From the sequence record SRR22947727_462: a stretch of DNA of 45,516 nt. One strand, 5' to 3'. Below, in pieces: positions 22,228 through 34,701 of the stretch. The notes under the pieces were generated by a model. The model was not told where the DNA came from and did not search any database. It saw nothing but the letters and a program-made list of their open reading frames with translations. Positions within the stretch are counted from its first letter, which is position 1, and each line of letters starts with the position of its first letter. Made by a program: the position numbers and the translations under genes.

Positions 22228-22311
22228 ATTTTGCTATAAATGGAAACTAAGTGAATTTTAGTGATTTTTTTTATCATAATTCAATGGCAAACAGCGAAAG
22301 TGGCAATTTCT

Positions 22312-23778
22312 GTGAATTTATCGGCAATCATTACCGCATTGGGCGGCCGCCATGCCATCCAGCAGCTTTTGAATGTGGGGCCAAGCGCGATCAGCAACTA
22401 TCTGACCCGTGGTCATTTACCTGAACGCGCCAAACCCATTATCTATGCTGCGCTGACCAAGAAAGGTTATCAGATTCGCGCTGATGATCTTGAAATTCTG
22501 GCTGGCCCCCCTACCACATCATCGCAGCCACTGCATAGTGATACCCATTTCGGCAAGCGAATTTTGCTGATCGTTGCTGGCGGGATCGCTGCCTATAAGG
22601 CCTTGGAAACCGCCCGCCAATTGCAACAGCTTGGCGCGCATGTCACCGGCGTGATGACCGATGGTGCCAAACAATTCATCACCCCTCTTAGCCTTGCCGC
22701 GTTGACTGGTGAGAAATGCTATGACAGTTTGTTTTCACTAACGGACGAAGCCGAAATGGGGCATATCCGGCTGGCGCGATCGGCCGATCTTGTTCTTGTC
22801 GTTCCGGCAACGGCCAATTTTATGGCGCGGGCAAATGCCGGCATTGCCGATGATCTGGCGACAACGATTCTTCTTGCGACCACGGCCAAGGTGGCAATGG
22901 CACCAGCGATGAATCCCGCGATGTGGGCGCATGTGGCAACCAAACATAATTTCGCCAGCCTGCGCCAGCGCGGTGTTCATATGATTGGTCCGGTAAGCGG
23001 CGATACAGCCTGCGGCGAAGAAGGCGAAGGCCGGATGTGCGAACCGGCGGATATTGCCGCAGCCGCAATGCAGCTTATCACCCCGCAAAACATACCCAAT
23101 GCCAAAGATCGTGCCAAAAGCCCGCTTGCAGGCAAACGGATCATTGTCACATCAGGCCCAACAATCGAGCCAATTGACAAGGTGCGCTTTATCGCCAACC
23201 GGTCATCGGGCAAACAGGGACATGCCATTGCCGCAAGCCTTGCCAGCCGCGGCGCGGATGTGATTTTGATTAGTGGGCCAGTCAATGAACCAGCACCGGA
23301 TCAAGTAACCATGGTTCAGGTCACAACCGCCAATGAAATGCTGGCCGCTTGCAAGGCGGCCTTGCCTGCCGATATCGCCATTTGCGCCGCCGCGGTTGCA
23401 GATTGGCGCGTACAGTCAGTATCTGATCAAAAACTGAAAAAACCAGAAGACCCCGATGCTGGCATGATGTTAGCGCTATGCCAGAACCCCGATATTCTAG
23501 CGCATATTTCATCCGCGCCAAACCGGCCAAAATTGGTCATTGGCTTTGCCGCGGAAACCGAAAATCTATTGCAAAATGCCACCAAAAAACGCCAGCGCAA
23601 AGGGTGCGACTGGATCATTGCCAATCAGGTTGGCGGTGATGCTGATCCGGTGTTTGGAAGCGCCTTAAATCAGGCCATGCTGATAAGTGCAAATGGCGTT
23701 GACGAATGGCCGCAAATGCAAAAAACCGATCTTGCCGAAACATTGGCTGATCATATCGAAGCGGAATTGACCAGATGA
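22312..23778 (+). CDS. coaBC: Bifunctional phosphopantothenoylcysteine decarboxylase/synthetase with an extra N-terminal Cro-like HTH domain
   Basis: CoaC: GGIAAYK, MGHIRLAR, PATAN, PAMN, ACGEEGEGRM. CoaB: TSGPT.E.ID.VRFI.N.SSGKQG, AAAVADW, GFAAET. About 80 extra N-terminal residues. Start uncertain (GTG 22300 or 22312). Confidence 0.93.
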   Translation: MNLSAIITALGGRHAIQQLLNVGPSAISNYLTRGHLPERAKPIIYAALTKKGYQIRADDLEILAGPPTTSSQPLHSDTHFGKRILLIVAGGIAAYKALETARQLQQLGAHVTGVMTDGAKQFITPLSLAALTGEKCYDSLFSLTDEAEMGHIRLARSADLVLVVPATANFMARANAGIADDLATTILLATTAKVAMAPAMNPAMWAHVATKHNFASLRQRGVHMIGPVSGDTACGEEGEGRMCEPADIAAAAMQLITPQNIPNAKDRAKSPLAGKRIIVTSGPTIEPIDKVRFIANRSSGKQGHAIAASLASRGADVILISGPVNEPAPDQVTMVQVTTANEMLAACKAALPADIAICAAAVADWRVQSVSDQKLKKPEDPDAGMMLALCQNPDILAHISSAPNRPKLVIGFAAETENLLQNATKKRQRKGCDWIIANQVGGDADPVFGSALNQAMLISANGVDEWPQMQKTDLAETLADHIEAELTR

Positions 23779-24224
23779 ACCAACTTGCAGTGAAATTTCG
23801 GCGGCTAGCCAATGCTGGCGATCTTGCCTTGCCATCATATGCGACAAGCGGGGCTGCCGGAGCTGATCTTGCCGCCGCAATTGACCAGCCAATTTGTCTC
23901 AAACCAAATATGCGCGAGGCCATTCCAACCGGATTTGCCATGGCATTACCAGCAGGTTATGAAGCGCAAATCCGGCCACGATCGGGTCTTGCATTAAAAT
24001 ATGGAATTACCATTGCCAATGCCCCCGGGACAATTGATAGTGATTATCGGGGTGAAATTGCGGTGATTTTGGTCAATAATGGCACTGATGATTTTACCAT
24101 TACCCACGGCATGCGGATTGCGCAGATGGTGATTGCTGCTGTCACCATTATGACACCCGTCGAAGCCGATGATCTTGACGATACCACGCGTGCCGCTGGT
24201 GGTTTTGGCTCAACAGGTTTGTGA
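23775..24224 (+). CDS. dut: dUTP diphosphatase
   Basis: AGADL, RPRSGLA, GTIDSDYRGE, RIAQ, R..GGFGSTG; ATGA overlap with coaBC. Confidence 0.96.
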   Translation: MNQLAVKFRRLANAGDLALPSYATSGAAGADLAAAIDQPICLKPNMREAIPTGFAMALPAGYEAQIRPRSGLALKYGITIANAPGTIDSDYRGEIAVILVNNGTDDFTITHGMRIAQMVIAAVTIMTPVEADDLDDTTRAAGGFGSTGL

Positions 24225-24230
24225 GGCATT

Positions 24231-25010
24231 ATGCTGAGTGATGATGATCTAGAACGCTATGCCCGTCAGGCGATCATGCCGGCAATTGGCGAGGAAGGTC
24301 AGGAACAATTATTGGTGGCGCGGGTGCTTGTTGTTGGTGCTGGCGGGCTTGGCGCGCCGGTGATCATGTATCTTGCCGCTGCCGGTATTGGCACGATCAC
24401 CATTATTGATGATGATCATGTTTCGCGAACCGATTTAAACCGGCAAGTTATTTACAAAGACAGTGATGTTGGCCTGTTGAAATCTCGGCAAGCGGCGATG
24501 GCGGCAAGCGCAATCAATCCGGCAATCCATATCTCGCAGCTTGGCCAAAGGCTCAGTAATGGCAATGTCGAACCATTATTAAAAGCGCATGATGTTGTTG
24601 TTGATTGCACCGATAATGCCGAGGCGCGCTATCTTCTTGGTGATGCGGCGCATGCGGCAGGCAAGCCGCTTGTCTTTGGCGGGGCGGTGCGCATGGAAGG
24701 ACAGGTCTCGGTCTTTCAGAGCAGCGTCAAAGGCCATCTTGGCAGCCCGTGTTATCGATGCGTATTTCCGGCCATGCCCGATGCAAAACAGGCACCGGGC
24801 TGTTCCGAAGCGGGCATTCTTGGGCCTGTTGCCGGATTGGTTGGGACATTGCAGGCGCTTGAAACCATCAAGATTATTCTTGGCGAGCCACGCACCTTAA
24901 CCGGACGGCTTTTGCTGATCGAAGCGGCGGGAAGCGATTTCATGGAAATTCAAACCGTTGCACGGACCGATTGCAGCTGTTGCGGTAATTCATCTGACAC
25001 TACGGATTAA
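24231..25010 (+). CDS. moeB: MoeB/ThiF/HesA family adenylyltransferase
   Basis: ERYARQ, VVGAGGLG, DCTDN, CYRC, C.EAGILG and C-terminal CSCC. Confidence 0.85.
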   Translation: MLSDDDLERYARQAIMPAIGEEGQEQLLVARVLVVGAGGLGAPVIMYLAAAGIGTITIIDDDHVSRTDLNRQVIYKDSDVGLLKSRQAAMAASAINPAIHISQLGQRLSNGNVEPLLKAHDVVVDCTDNAEARYLLGDAAHAAGKPLVFGGAVRMEGQVSVFQSSVKGHLGSPCYRCVFPAMPDAKQAPGCSEAGILGPVAGLVGTLQALETIKIILGEPRTLTGRLLLIEAAGSDFMEIQTVARTDCSCCGNSSDTTD

Positions 25011-25120
25011 AATCGGCTGCTAGCCGATTTGCGGGCTGAACCAGCCACAATCAATCGGCGCAAACTCAATTGACCCAAAAATGAAAAATCCAGCAGGATA
25101 ATGCCACAAACCAGATATGG

Positions 25121-26107
25121 CTATAGCATGGCCTCAATCACCCGATCTGGCGGGGTATGACCATCCCAGAATGTCTGCACATTGATGATCACCTTGTCAC
25201 CCATTTGCAACCGCCCTTCAATGGTCGCCGATCCGATATGGGGCAGTAAAACAACATTTGGCAAATCGCGAAGCCCGGCCGGAATTTCCGGCTCACTGCT
25301 ATAAACATCAAGTCCGGCACCAGCGATATGACGCTGCGCCAAAAGATCGGCAAGCGCAATCTCATCAACCACTTCGCCGCGTGATGTATTCACCAGATAG
25401 GCTGAGCGCTGCATCAGCGACAGTCTTTCACGCGATAATAGATGATTTGTCGCCGATGTATGTGGGCAATTGACCGACACAATATCAACGCGTGCCAACA
25501 TCTGTTCAAGCGATTCCCAGTAAGTTGCCTCAAGTTCGGCTTCAGTCTCCGGGTGAACCGGTTTCCGGTTATGATAATGAACCGACAGGCCAAATCCACG
25601 CGCCCGCCGCGCAACCGCTTCACCAATCCGGCCCATACCAACAATGCCAAGCCGTTTTCCATTAATGCGATGACCAAGCATGCCTGTTGGCGACCAGCCC
25701 TGCCATTGGCCTGATCGTGCCAGCGCATCGCCTTCGGCAATCCGCCGCGGCACCGCCAGAATCAACGCCATTGTGACATCAGCCGTATCTTCGGTTAAGA
25801 CGCCAGGAGTGTTGGTAACGGTAATGCCGCGCGCCTTTGCCGCGGCAAGGTCAATATGATCAACGCCGGTTCCGAATGAAGCAATCAGACGAAGCTGACT
25901 TCCGGCCTTGGCAATCAAATCAGCGTCAATTTTATCGGTAACGGTTGGCACGAGAACATCAGCCGTTTTCACAGCCATTTCCAGCTCGTCACGGCTTAGC
26001 GCCTTGTCACTATCATTCAAAGTTGTATCAAAAAGCTCACGCATCCGGGTTTCGATTGTCTCCGGAAGCTTGCGTGTCAAAATCACTTTTGGTTTGATTT
26101 GACTCAT
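25121..26107 (-). CDS. D-2-hydroxyacid dehydrogenase (glyoxylate reductase / D-glycerate dehydrogenase)
   Basis: VTNTPGVLTEDTAD, GIVGMGRIG, NTSRG, GLDV..EP, LPHIGSAT. Confidence 0.92.
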   Translation of the reverse strand: MSQIKPKVILTRKLPETIETRMRELFDTTLNDSDKALSRDELEMAVKTADVLVPTVTDKIDADLIAKAGSQLRLIASFGTGVDHIDLAAAKARGITVTNTPGVLTEDTADVTMALILAVPRRIAEGDALARSGQWQGWSPTGMLGHRINGKRLGIVGMGRIGEAVARRARGFGLSVHYHNRKPVHPETEAELEATYWESLEQMLARVDIVSVNCPHTSATNHLLSRERLSLMQRSAYLVNTSRGEVVDEIALADLLAQRHIAGAGLDVYSSEPEIPAGLRDLPNVVLLPHIGSATIEGRLQMGDKVIINVQTFWDGHTPPDRVIEAML

Positions 26108-26271
26108 TGATGGCTCTCTTAAATTGAAAACAAATACCGAACTCTGGCTGGCAATTGGCCTGAAAAAACCCTAAGCTTGCGGCGCAGGACAAAGGGCCTA
26201 TTGGATTAATTCTTTAACCCGCATCAATCTGCACCAAATACCATCAAAACTCTACCAGAACAACGAGCAGC

Positions 26272-26841
26272 ATGACAAAAAAATTTATTGTGATATTTCA
26301 AAAACCGCTGATCATGGCAATGGTTTTTGGCCTTTTCTGGCTATTGCCAACGGTGATTTCGCCACTTGGCTGGCCAGCCGGAAATGGCATGGCGTACGCA
26401 CAAGAGGCCAAATTGACCGTTCGCGGCAGTGGCTTGCCCGTACCGCGCTATGTGACATTGAAATTTGACGAGGCCAATTTGCGGGCTGGCCCCGGGCGGG
26501 AATATCCGGTTTTATGGCAATATCGAAAAGCTGGTCTGCCGCTTCTGGTTGATGCTGAATTCGGCATCTGGCGCAAAGTGATTGACCATGATGGCACCGC
26601 AGGATGGATGCATGGATCGGTTCTGTCGCTTCGGCGCATGGCGCTGGTGCAAAAGAATATGGCGAAAATCCATGCCAGTCCCGATGAAACATCAAATGTC
26701 ATTGCCCTTGCCGAACGGTTGGCGCTGATGGAATTGCAATCCTGTCCAAATGCATGGTGCCGTGTGGCAAATAATGATGTTCGCGGCTGGATCAAGCGGC
26801 AAGCCGTCTGGGGCCTTCTCGAAACCGAAAGTCTCGATTAG
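26272..26841 (+). CDS. Exported tandem bacterial SH3-domain protein
   Basis: Signal peptide; SGLPVPRYV.L..ANLR.GPG..YP..W..WR...D.DG..GW; C...WC....GW in the second repeat. Confidence 0.85.
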   Translation: MTKKFIVIFQKPLIMAMVFGLFWLLPTVISPLGWPAGNGMAYAQEAKLTVRGSGLPVPRYVTLKFDEANLRAGPGREYPVLWQYRKAGLPLLVDAEFGIWRKVIDHDGTAGWMHGSVLSLRRMALVQKNMAKIHASPDETSNVIALAERLALMELQSCPNAWCRVANNDVRGWIKRQAVWGLLETESLD

Positions 26842-26853
26842 GGTTTATATTTC

Positions 26854-26887
26854 AACAAAAACGGCACCCCATTTTACTGGGATGCCG
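26854..26887 (-). terminator. Rho-independent terminator of katG
   Basis: Minus strand CGGCATCCCA-GTAAAA-TGGGGTGCCG followed by TTTTTGTT. Confidence 0.7.
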
Positions 26888-26919
26888 CGATTATTTATGC
26901 TGGTTAAAGATGGGCCGTT

Positions 26920-29070
<2,151 letters not shown>

Positions 29071-29152
29071 TTAGATCTTGTGCGTATGCTCACATCGCCT
29101 TTGGGTTTCCGGCAATCACAAAGCCCTTAAACGCAAGGTTTATCTATGTCAG

Positions 29153-29181
29153 AAGATAGGTATGAAGACTGGTTGGGTCAA
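29153..29181 (-). promoter_or_regulatory. Putative sigma70 promoter of katG
   Basis: Minus strand TTGACC-N17-TATCTT. Confidence 0.6.
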
Positions 29182-29186
29182 GGCTC

Positions 29187-29203
29187 TTTAGAATGATTTT
29201 AAA
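29187..29203. promoter_or_regulatory. Iron control element (ICE, Irr-binding site)
   Basis: TTTAGAA-TGA-TTTTAAA, one mismatch to TTTAGAA-N3-TTCTAAA; lies between irr and katG. Confidence 0.75.
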
Positions 29204-29237
29204 CTAGATAAAGGCAGATCTAACGCCAAATCGGCAA

Positions 29238-29684
29238 TCAGGAATCTTTGCTTTGGATATGGATTACCACATCAACCGCTTTGATTTCATGCCCATCAGG
29301 CGCGGCAGGCAATTGTGCCAGAAGCACATCATCATGAGGAATATCGACAAGCTGGTCATTTTCGGCTTCATAGAAATGATGGTGATGATCGGTGTTGGTA
29401 TCAAACAGGCTATAATCATTATGAACCATCACCCGACGAAGCAAGCCAGCCTCGGTAAATTGGTTCAATGTATTATAAACCGTCCCGCCAGACACATGCA
29501 GGCCAGCAGTGGTGATTTCTTCGGTCAGGCTATCAGCTGTTACATGGCGATGACGGCCATCAAGAAGCAACGCGGCAATCGCCACCCGCTGGCGCGTTGG
29601 CCGCAAACCGGCAAGGCGCAGCTTTTCGGCAAAATGCGCCGTTGGCGTCATTCTGTCTTTTTGGGTCATATTTTTGTGACTCAT
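29238..29684 (-). CDS. irr: Iron response regulator Irr (Fur family)
   Basis: GLRPTRQR, RHVTA, TVYNTLNQFTEAGLLR, FDTNTDHHHHF; divergent from fabA. Start uncertain (ATG 29693, 29684, 29669 or 29651). Confidence 0.9.
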   Translation of the reverse strand: MSHKNMTQKDRMTPTAHFAEKLRLAGLRPTRQRVAIAALLLDGRHRHVTADSLTEEITTAGLHVSGGTVYNTLNQFTEAGLLRRVMVHNDYSLFDTNTDHHHHFYEAENDQLVDIPHDDVLLAQLPAAPDGHEIKAVDVVIHIQSKDS

Positions 29685-29955
29685 CCTTCCCATTGCTGGG
29701 TCAAAATGAGCGGTCACCGGCCAAATGTCAATAATGCCTTGGCTTGGAGGGGTATTTCGTGCTTTCTATAGGGCGTTAAAAGCTGCGCTTAACATCGCAG
29801 CAAAAGACAGGAAATCAAGTGATTTTTCCCTGTTGACCTTGCCTATATTCGGTATTTTGACCGATTTCACCGGCATAGCAGGAAAATCAAAACCGGCAGG
29901 CCTGCAGGGTCATTTTGACCTTAGATGCACGCCCGTTTGTAACAAGGAAGTTAAG

Positions 29956-30474
29956 ATGTCGCCCAAAGATCAAAGCTCTTTTACCTATGATGAATTAATC
30001 AGCTGCGCCAAAGGCCAGATGTTCGGACCAGGAAACCCGCAATTGCCATTGCCGCCAATGCTGATGTGTGACCGCATTACCCGCATTGATGATAATGGTG
30101 GTGAATTTGGCAAAGGCCAGATTGATGCTGAGTTTGATTTGAACCCCGATCTTTGGTTCTTTCCTTGCCATTTTGAGGGCGATCCGGTGATGCCGGGCTG
30201 TCTTGGCATGGATGCGCTATGGCAGCTTGTTGGCTTTTTTCTGGGCTGGTCAGGCGGGCTTGGACGGGGGCGCGCCCTGTCGGTTGGTGAGGTGAAATTC
30301 ACCGGCCAGATTCTGCCAAGCAACAAACTTGTGACGTTTCGTCTTGATATGAAGCGGGTCATCATGCGCCGCCTTGTGATGGGCATTGCCGATGGCAAAG
30401 TGCTTTGCGATGGCGAGGTTGTTTTTGAAGCCAATGATATCCGCGTTGGCCTGTTTACCCCTGAAGGAGCTTAA
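29956..30474 (+). CDS. fabA: 3-hydroxydecanoyl-ACP dehydratase/isomerase
   Basis: [38 protein letters not shown]. Start ATG 29956 after AAGGA. Confidence 0.96.
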   Translation: MSPKDQSSFTYDELISCAKGQMFGPGNPQLPLPPMLMCDRITRIDDNGGEFGKGQIDAEFDLNPDLWFFPCHFEGDPVMPGCLGMDALWQLVGFFLGWSGGLGRGRALSVGEVKFTGQILPSNKLVTFRLDMKRVIMRRLVMGIADGKVLCDGEVVFEANDIRVGLFTPEGA

Positions 30475-30479
30475 AGATC

Positions 30480-31712
30480 ATGCGCCGTGTTGCCATTACC
30501 GGAATCGGAATCGTTTCCTCGATTGGAAATAATGTCAGCGAAGTCACCAATTCGTTGCGTAACGGAACCTCGGGCATTGTTGCCGCACCGGAATATACCG
30601 AGCTTGGATTTCGCAGTCAGGTGCATGGCACCGTCAAGCTTGATGTTGTCGATCATGTTGATCGCAAACAGCTTCGCTTTATGGGCGAAGGGGCTGCCTA
30701 TGCGGTTCTGGCCATGGAACAGGCCATTGCCGATGCTGGGCTTGAAGATCATCAAGTATCAAATGAGCGAAGCGGTCTTGTCGCCGGTTCAGGCGGGCCA
30801 TCAACAGCTAACCTTCTTGCCGCCTTTGATATCACCCGCGAAAAAGGCCCAAAACGGATTGGACCATATATGGTGCCACGCTGCATGTCGTCGACGGTTT
30901 CGGCCTGTATCGCCACTTTTTTCAAAATTCGCGGCATCAATTATTCGATTTCTTCGGCTTGTTCAACCTCGGCACATTGTATTACCTCTGGTGCTGATGC
31001 CATTCGTAGTGGCAGCCAAGATATTGTCTTTGCCGGCGGCGGCGAAGAACTGCATTGGACCTTGTCCGTTCTGTTTGACGCGATGGGGGCAATGTCTTCG
31101 AAATATAACGACACGCCAGAAATGGCCTCACGCCCCTATGATGCCGACCGCGATGGATTTGTGATTGCTGGCGGCGGCGGCATGGTTGTTCTTGAAGATA
31201 TGGATCATGCCGTGGCACGCGGGGCAAAAATCTATGCTGAACTGGTTGGCTATGGTGCCAATTCAGATGGCGCGGATATGGTTGCACCATCCGGCGAAGG
31301 CGCAGTGCGCTGCATGGAGCTGGCACTTGCCGGTTTTGATGGCAACAAGCTTACCGACAAGGTGGATTACATCAATGCGCATGGCACCTCAACGCCAGTT
31401 GGCGATGTTAAGGAACTTGACGCGGTTCGCACTGTCTTTGGCCCGCGCGGTCATCTTCCAGTTGTCACCTCAACCAAATCATTGACCGGCCATTCGCTGG
31501 GTGCGACAGGGGTTCAAGAAGCCATCTATACGATCATCATGATGCAGAATAAATTCATTGCCGCATCCGCCAATATCCACACGCCCGATCCGGCCATTGG
31601 TGATATTCCGGTGGCGCAAACCCGCATGGATGATTTTTCAATCAATCTGGCATTGTCCAACTCATTTGGCTTTGGCGGCACCAACGCCACATTGGCCTTG
31701 CGAAAGGTATAA
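30480..31712 (+). CDS. fabB: 3-oxoacyl-ACP synthase I
   Basis: [53 protein letters not shown]. Confidence 0.96.
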   Translation: MRRVAITGIGIVSSIGNNVSEVTNSLRNGTSGIVAAPEYTELGFRSQVHGTVKLDVVDHVDRKQLRFMGEGAAYAVLAMEQAIADAGLEDHQVSNERSGLVAGSGGPSTANLLAAFDITREKGPKRIGPYMVPRCMSSTVSACIATFFKIRGINYSISSACSTSAHCITSGADAIRSGSQDIVFAGGGEELHWTLSVLFDAMGAMSSKYNDTPEMASRPYDADRDGFVIAGGGGMVVLEDMDHAVARGAKIYAELVGYGANSDGADMVAPSGEGAVRCMELALAGFDGNKLTDKVDYINAHGTSTPVGDVKELDAVRTVFGPRGHLPVVTSTKSLTGHSLGATGVQEAIYTIIMMQNKFIAASANIHTPDPAIGDIPVAQTRMDDFSINLALSNSFGFGGTNATLALRKV

Positions 31713-31713
31713 T

Positions 31714-32502
31714 ATGCAGCCCGGAACTTTACTGGCTGGCAAACGCGGCCTTGTGATGGGTGTTGCGAATGACAAATCCATCGCATGGGGCATTGCCGAA
31801 GCCGCTGCCAAACAGGGTGCCAAAATTGCCTTTTCCTATCAAATGGAAGGGTTTGGCAAAAGGCTGGCACCCTTGGCCGAATCAATTGGGTCAAACATCA
31901 TGATCGAATGTGATGTTGCCAAAGAAGGCGCGGCTGACCGCTGTTTTGCCGAATTGGCAACGCATTGGCCAACAATCGATTTTGTCGTTCATGCCTTGGC
32001 ATTTTCCGACAAGAACGAATTAAAAGGCGCCTATATGGATACGAGCCGCCAGAATTTCGCAAATACCATGATAGTATCGGCCTATTCCTTTACCGAAGTC
32101 GCGCGCGCCGCCCGTGACATGATGCCCGATGGCGGTGCATTGGTAACGCTTAGCTTTCTTGGCGCACAACGAAGCACGCCAAATTATAATGTCATGGGGG
32201 TTGCCAAAGCTGCCCTAGAAGCCTCGGTTCGCTATCTTGCCGTCGATCTTGGTGGTCAGAATATTCGGGTCAATGCGTTGTCGGCCGGACCAATGCGCAC
32301 GCTTGCTGGCGCGGCGATCACTGGTGCGCGGCATATTTTCCGCCATACCGAACATCATGCGCCACTTAAACGCAATCCCGGGCTTGATGAGGTTGGGCGT
32401 ACCGGTCTTTATCTGGTTTCAGATTTATCGTCAGGCGTAACCGGCGAAGTGCATTTTGTTGATGGTGGCTATAATGGCGTTGGCATTCCGAGCGAATCCT
32501 AA
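31714..32502 (+). CDS. fabI: Enoyl-ACP reductase (NADH)
   Basis: GLVMGVANDKSIAWGIA, YNVMGVAKAALEASVRY, SAGPMRTLA. Start ATG 31714. Confidence 0.94.
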   Translation: MQPGTLLAGKRGLVMGVANDKSIAWGIAEAAAKQGAKIAFSYQMEGFGKRLAPLAESIGSNIMIECDVAKEGAADRCFAELATHWPTIDFVVHALAFSDKNELKGAYMDTSRQNFANTMIVSAYSFTEVARAARDMMPDGGALVTLSFLGAQRSTPNYNVMGVAKAALEASVRYLAVDLGGQNIRVNALSAGPMRTLAGAAITGARHIFRHTEHHAPLKRNPGLDEVGRTGLYLVSDLSSGVTGEVHFVDGGYNGVGIPSES

Positions 32503-32524
32503 GCTTAAAAAATAATAGATAAGC

Positions 32525-32555
32525 AAAAGGCGGTGCCAATGGCACCGCCTTTTTT
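32525..32555. terminator. Bidirectional Rho-independent terminator between fabI and pnp
   Basis: AAAAGGCGGTGCC-AAT-GGCACCGCCTTTTTT, perfect stem between convergent genes. Confidence 0.9.
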
Positions 32556-32580
32556 CGTCTTGTTCGATTCTTGTTGCGGC

Positions 32581-34701
32581 CTATTCAGCGGTTTCAGCAG
32601 CAGCAGCCTCAAGATCGGCACCGGTTTCCTGATCAACACGCTTCATTGACAGCTTTACCTTACCACGGTCATCAAAGCCGATAACTTTGACCTTAACCGC
32701 ATCACCATCCTTACAGATATCGGTGGTTTTTTCGGTACGGCCATTTTGCAGCTCGGAAATATGAACCAGCCCGTCTTTTGCCCCAAGGAAATTGACGAAC
32801 GCCCCGAAATCAACGGTTTTGACAACGGTACCGTTATAGATCACACCAAGCTCTGGCTCGGCAACGATATCACGAATCCGCGCAACAGCGGCTTCGCCTG
32901 ATGGGCCTGAAACGGCTGCGACCTTGACGGTGCCATCATCTTCGATATCAATCTTGGCACCTGTTTCTTCACAGATTTCACGGATGATCTTGCCACCCGG
33001 GCCAATGATGTCGCGGATTTTATCAACCGGAATTTTCAAGGTGGTGATCTTTGGCGCGCTATCGGCCAAATCATCACGCGCCGAGGTCAATGCCTTGGCC
33101 ATTTCATCAAGAATATGAATCCGGCCATCTCGTGCCTGATCAAGTGCAATCTGCATGATCTCAGGTGTGATTGATGTGATTTTGATATCCATCTGCAATG
33201 AGGTCACACCATTTTGTGAACCAGCAACTTTGAAATCCATATCGCCAAGATGATCTTCATCACCAAGAATATCGGACAGAACGGCAAAATCATCGCCTTC
33301 TTTGATCAATCCCATCGCGATACCAGCAACTGGACGTTTCAATGGCACGCCAGCATCCATCATCGCCAATGAACCACCACAAACGGTCGCCATTGAAGAT
33401 GATCCGTTTGATTCGGTGATTTCAGAAACAAGCCGGATCGTGTATGGAAATTCGTCTTTGGTTGGCAGCAACGGACGAAGCGCACGCCATGCCAATTTTC
33501 CATGACCAATTTCACGACGACCAGGCGAACCAACACGGCCAGCCTCGCCAACTGAATATGGTGGAAAATTATAATGAAGCATGAAGCTAGACCGGCTTTC
33601 ACCAACCAACGCGTCAATGATTTGCTCATCCTGACCCGTGCCAAGCGTGGCAACAACCATCGCCTGTGTTTCACCGCGGGTGAACAAAGATGATCCATGC
33701 GCCCGCGGCAGGAATCCAGCCTCGGCAACAATCTGGCGAACGGTCTTTGTGTCACGACCATCAATTCGAACACCGGTTTTTAAGATCGCACCACGAACAA
33801 CATCGGCTTCCATGCCTTTGATCAGACCACCAACAAGAACGGCATCATAGTCATCGCCAATTGCGGCTTTTGCTTCGGCGCGAACCTCATTCAAAGCTGC
33901 CTGACGATCGGTTTTATCAGCAATTTTATAAGCGGCTTCAAAACCCTTGGCAAAATCCTTAAGAACCTTGTTGATATCAGCAATTTCTGCTGGCTCTTCG
34001 GGAAGCGCGCGCGGCTCTTTAGCACATGATTCGGCCAGTTCGATAATGGCATCAATCACCGGCTTGACTGACTGGTGACCAAAATTCACCGCGCCAAGCA
34101 TGATTTCTTCTGACAGTTCCTTGGCTTCTGATTCAACCATCAAAACGCCTTCATGCGTTCCGGCCATGATCAGATCAAGTTCACTTTCATCCATCTGATC
34201 GACGGTTGGGTTCAGAACATAGGCTCCATCAATCCAGCCAATGCGCGCAGCGGCAATCGGGCCAAAGAACGGCACACCTGAAAGGGTCAAAGCTGCCGAG
34301 GCACCAATCATCGCAGCGATATCAGGATTATTTTCCATATCATGCGCCAGAACGGTACAGATAACCTGTGTTTCACATTTGAATGATTTCGGGAATAGCG
34401 GACGGATCGGACGGTCAATCAACCGGCAAACAAGGGTTTCATTTTCCGAAGGACGACCCTCACGCTTGAAAAAGCCGCCGGGGATTTTACCCGCTGCAAA
34501 GGCTTTTTCCTGATAATTGACGGTCAATGGGAAAAAATCCTGACCAGGCTTTGGGCTTTGTGCCGCAACAGCTGTACATAATACTTTTGTCTCACCAAGA
34601 CTGACCATAACGGCGCCATCGGCTTGACGGGCAACTTTACCGGTTTCAAGAACCAGCTTTGTACCGCCCCATTCCAATTCTTTGCGGAATAACTTGAACA
34701 T
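32581..34701 (-). CDS. pnp: Polyribonucleotide nucleotidyltransferase
   Basis: [48 protein letters not shown] and S1 domains. Confidence 0.98.
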   Translation of the reverse strand: MFKLFRKELEWGGTKLVLETGKVARQADGAVMVSLGETKVLCTAVAAQSPKPGQDFFPLTVNYQEKAFAAGKIPGGFFKREGRPSENETLVCRLIDRPIRPLFPKSFKCETQVICTVLAHDMENNPDIAAMIGASAALTLSGVPFFGPIAAARIGWIDGAYVLNPTVDQMDESELDLIMAGTHEGVLMVESEAKELSEEIMLGAVNFGHQSVKPVIDAIIELAESCAKEPRALPEEPAEIADINKVLKDFAKGFEAAYKIADKTDRQAALNEVRAEAKAAIGDDYDAVLVGGLIKGMEADVVRGAILKTGVRIDGRDTKTVRQIVAEAGFLPRAHGSSLFTRGETQAMVVATLGTGQDEQIIDALVGESRSSFMLHYNFPPYSVGEAGRVGSPGRREIGHGKLAWRALRPLLPTKDEFPYTIRLVSEITESNGSSSMATVCGGSLAMMDAGVPLKRPVAGIAMGLIKEGDDFAVLSDILGDEDHLGDMDFKVAGSQNGVTSLQMDIKITSITPEIMQIALDQARDGRIHILDEMAKALTSARDDLADSAPKITTLKIPVDKIRDIIGPGGKIIREICEETGAKIDIEDDGTVKVAAVSGPSGEAAVARIRDIVAEPELGVIYNGTVVKTVDFGAFVNFLGAKDGLVHISELQNGRTEKTTDICKDGDAVKVKVIGFDDRGKVKLSMKRVDQETGADLEAAAAETAE

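Noticed and set aside
22228-24224. Prophage remnant (Cro-like HTH plus dUTPase)
   Set aside because: coaBC-dut is normal chromosomal synteny, and there is no integrase, att repeat or other phage gene.
26200-26220. CtrA box (TTAA..TTAAC)
   Set aside because: Spacing is N4, not the required N7.
29725-29955. Long N-terminal extensions in the ORF track for fabA (also fabI, metK, rimP)
   Set aside because: Each has a downstream start at the canonical position and the extensions lack domain character, unlike coaBC.
30487-31164. Long alternative-frame and antisense ORFs (e.g. 30487-31164, 42392-43039, 11263-11904, 44621-45214)
   Set aside because: They overlap well-supported conserved genes, show no motifs and look like shadow ORFs.
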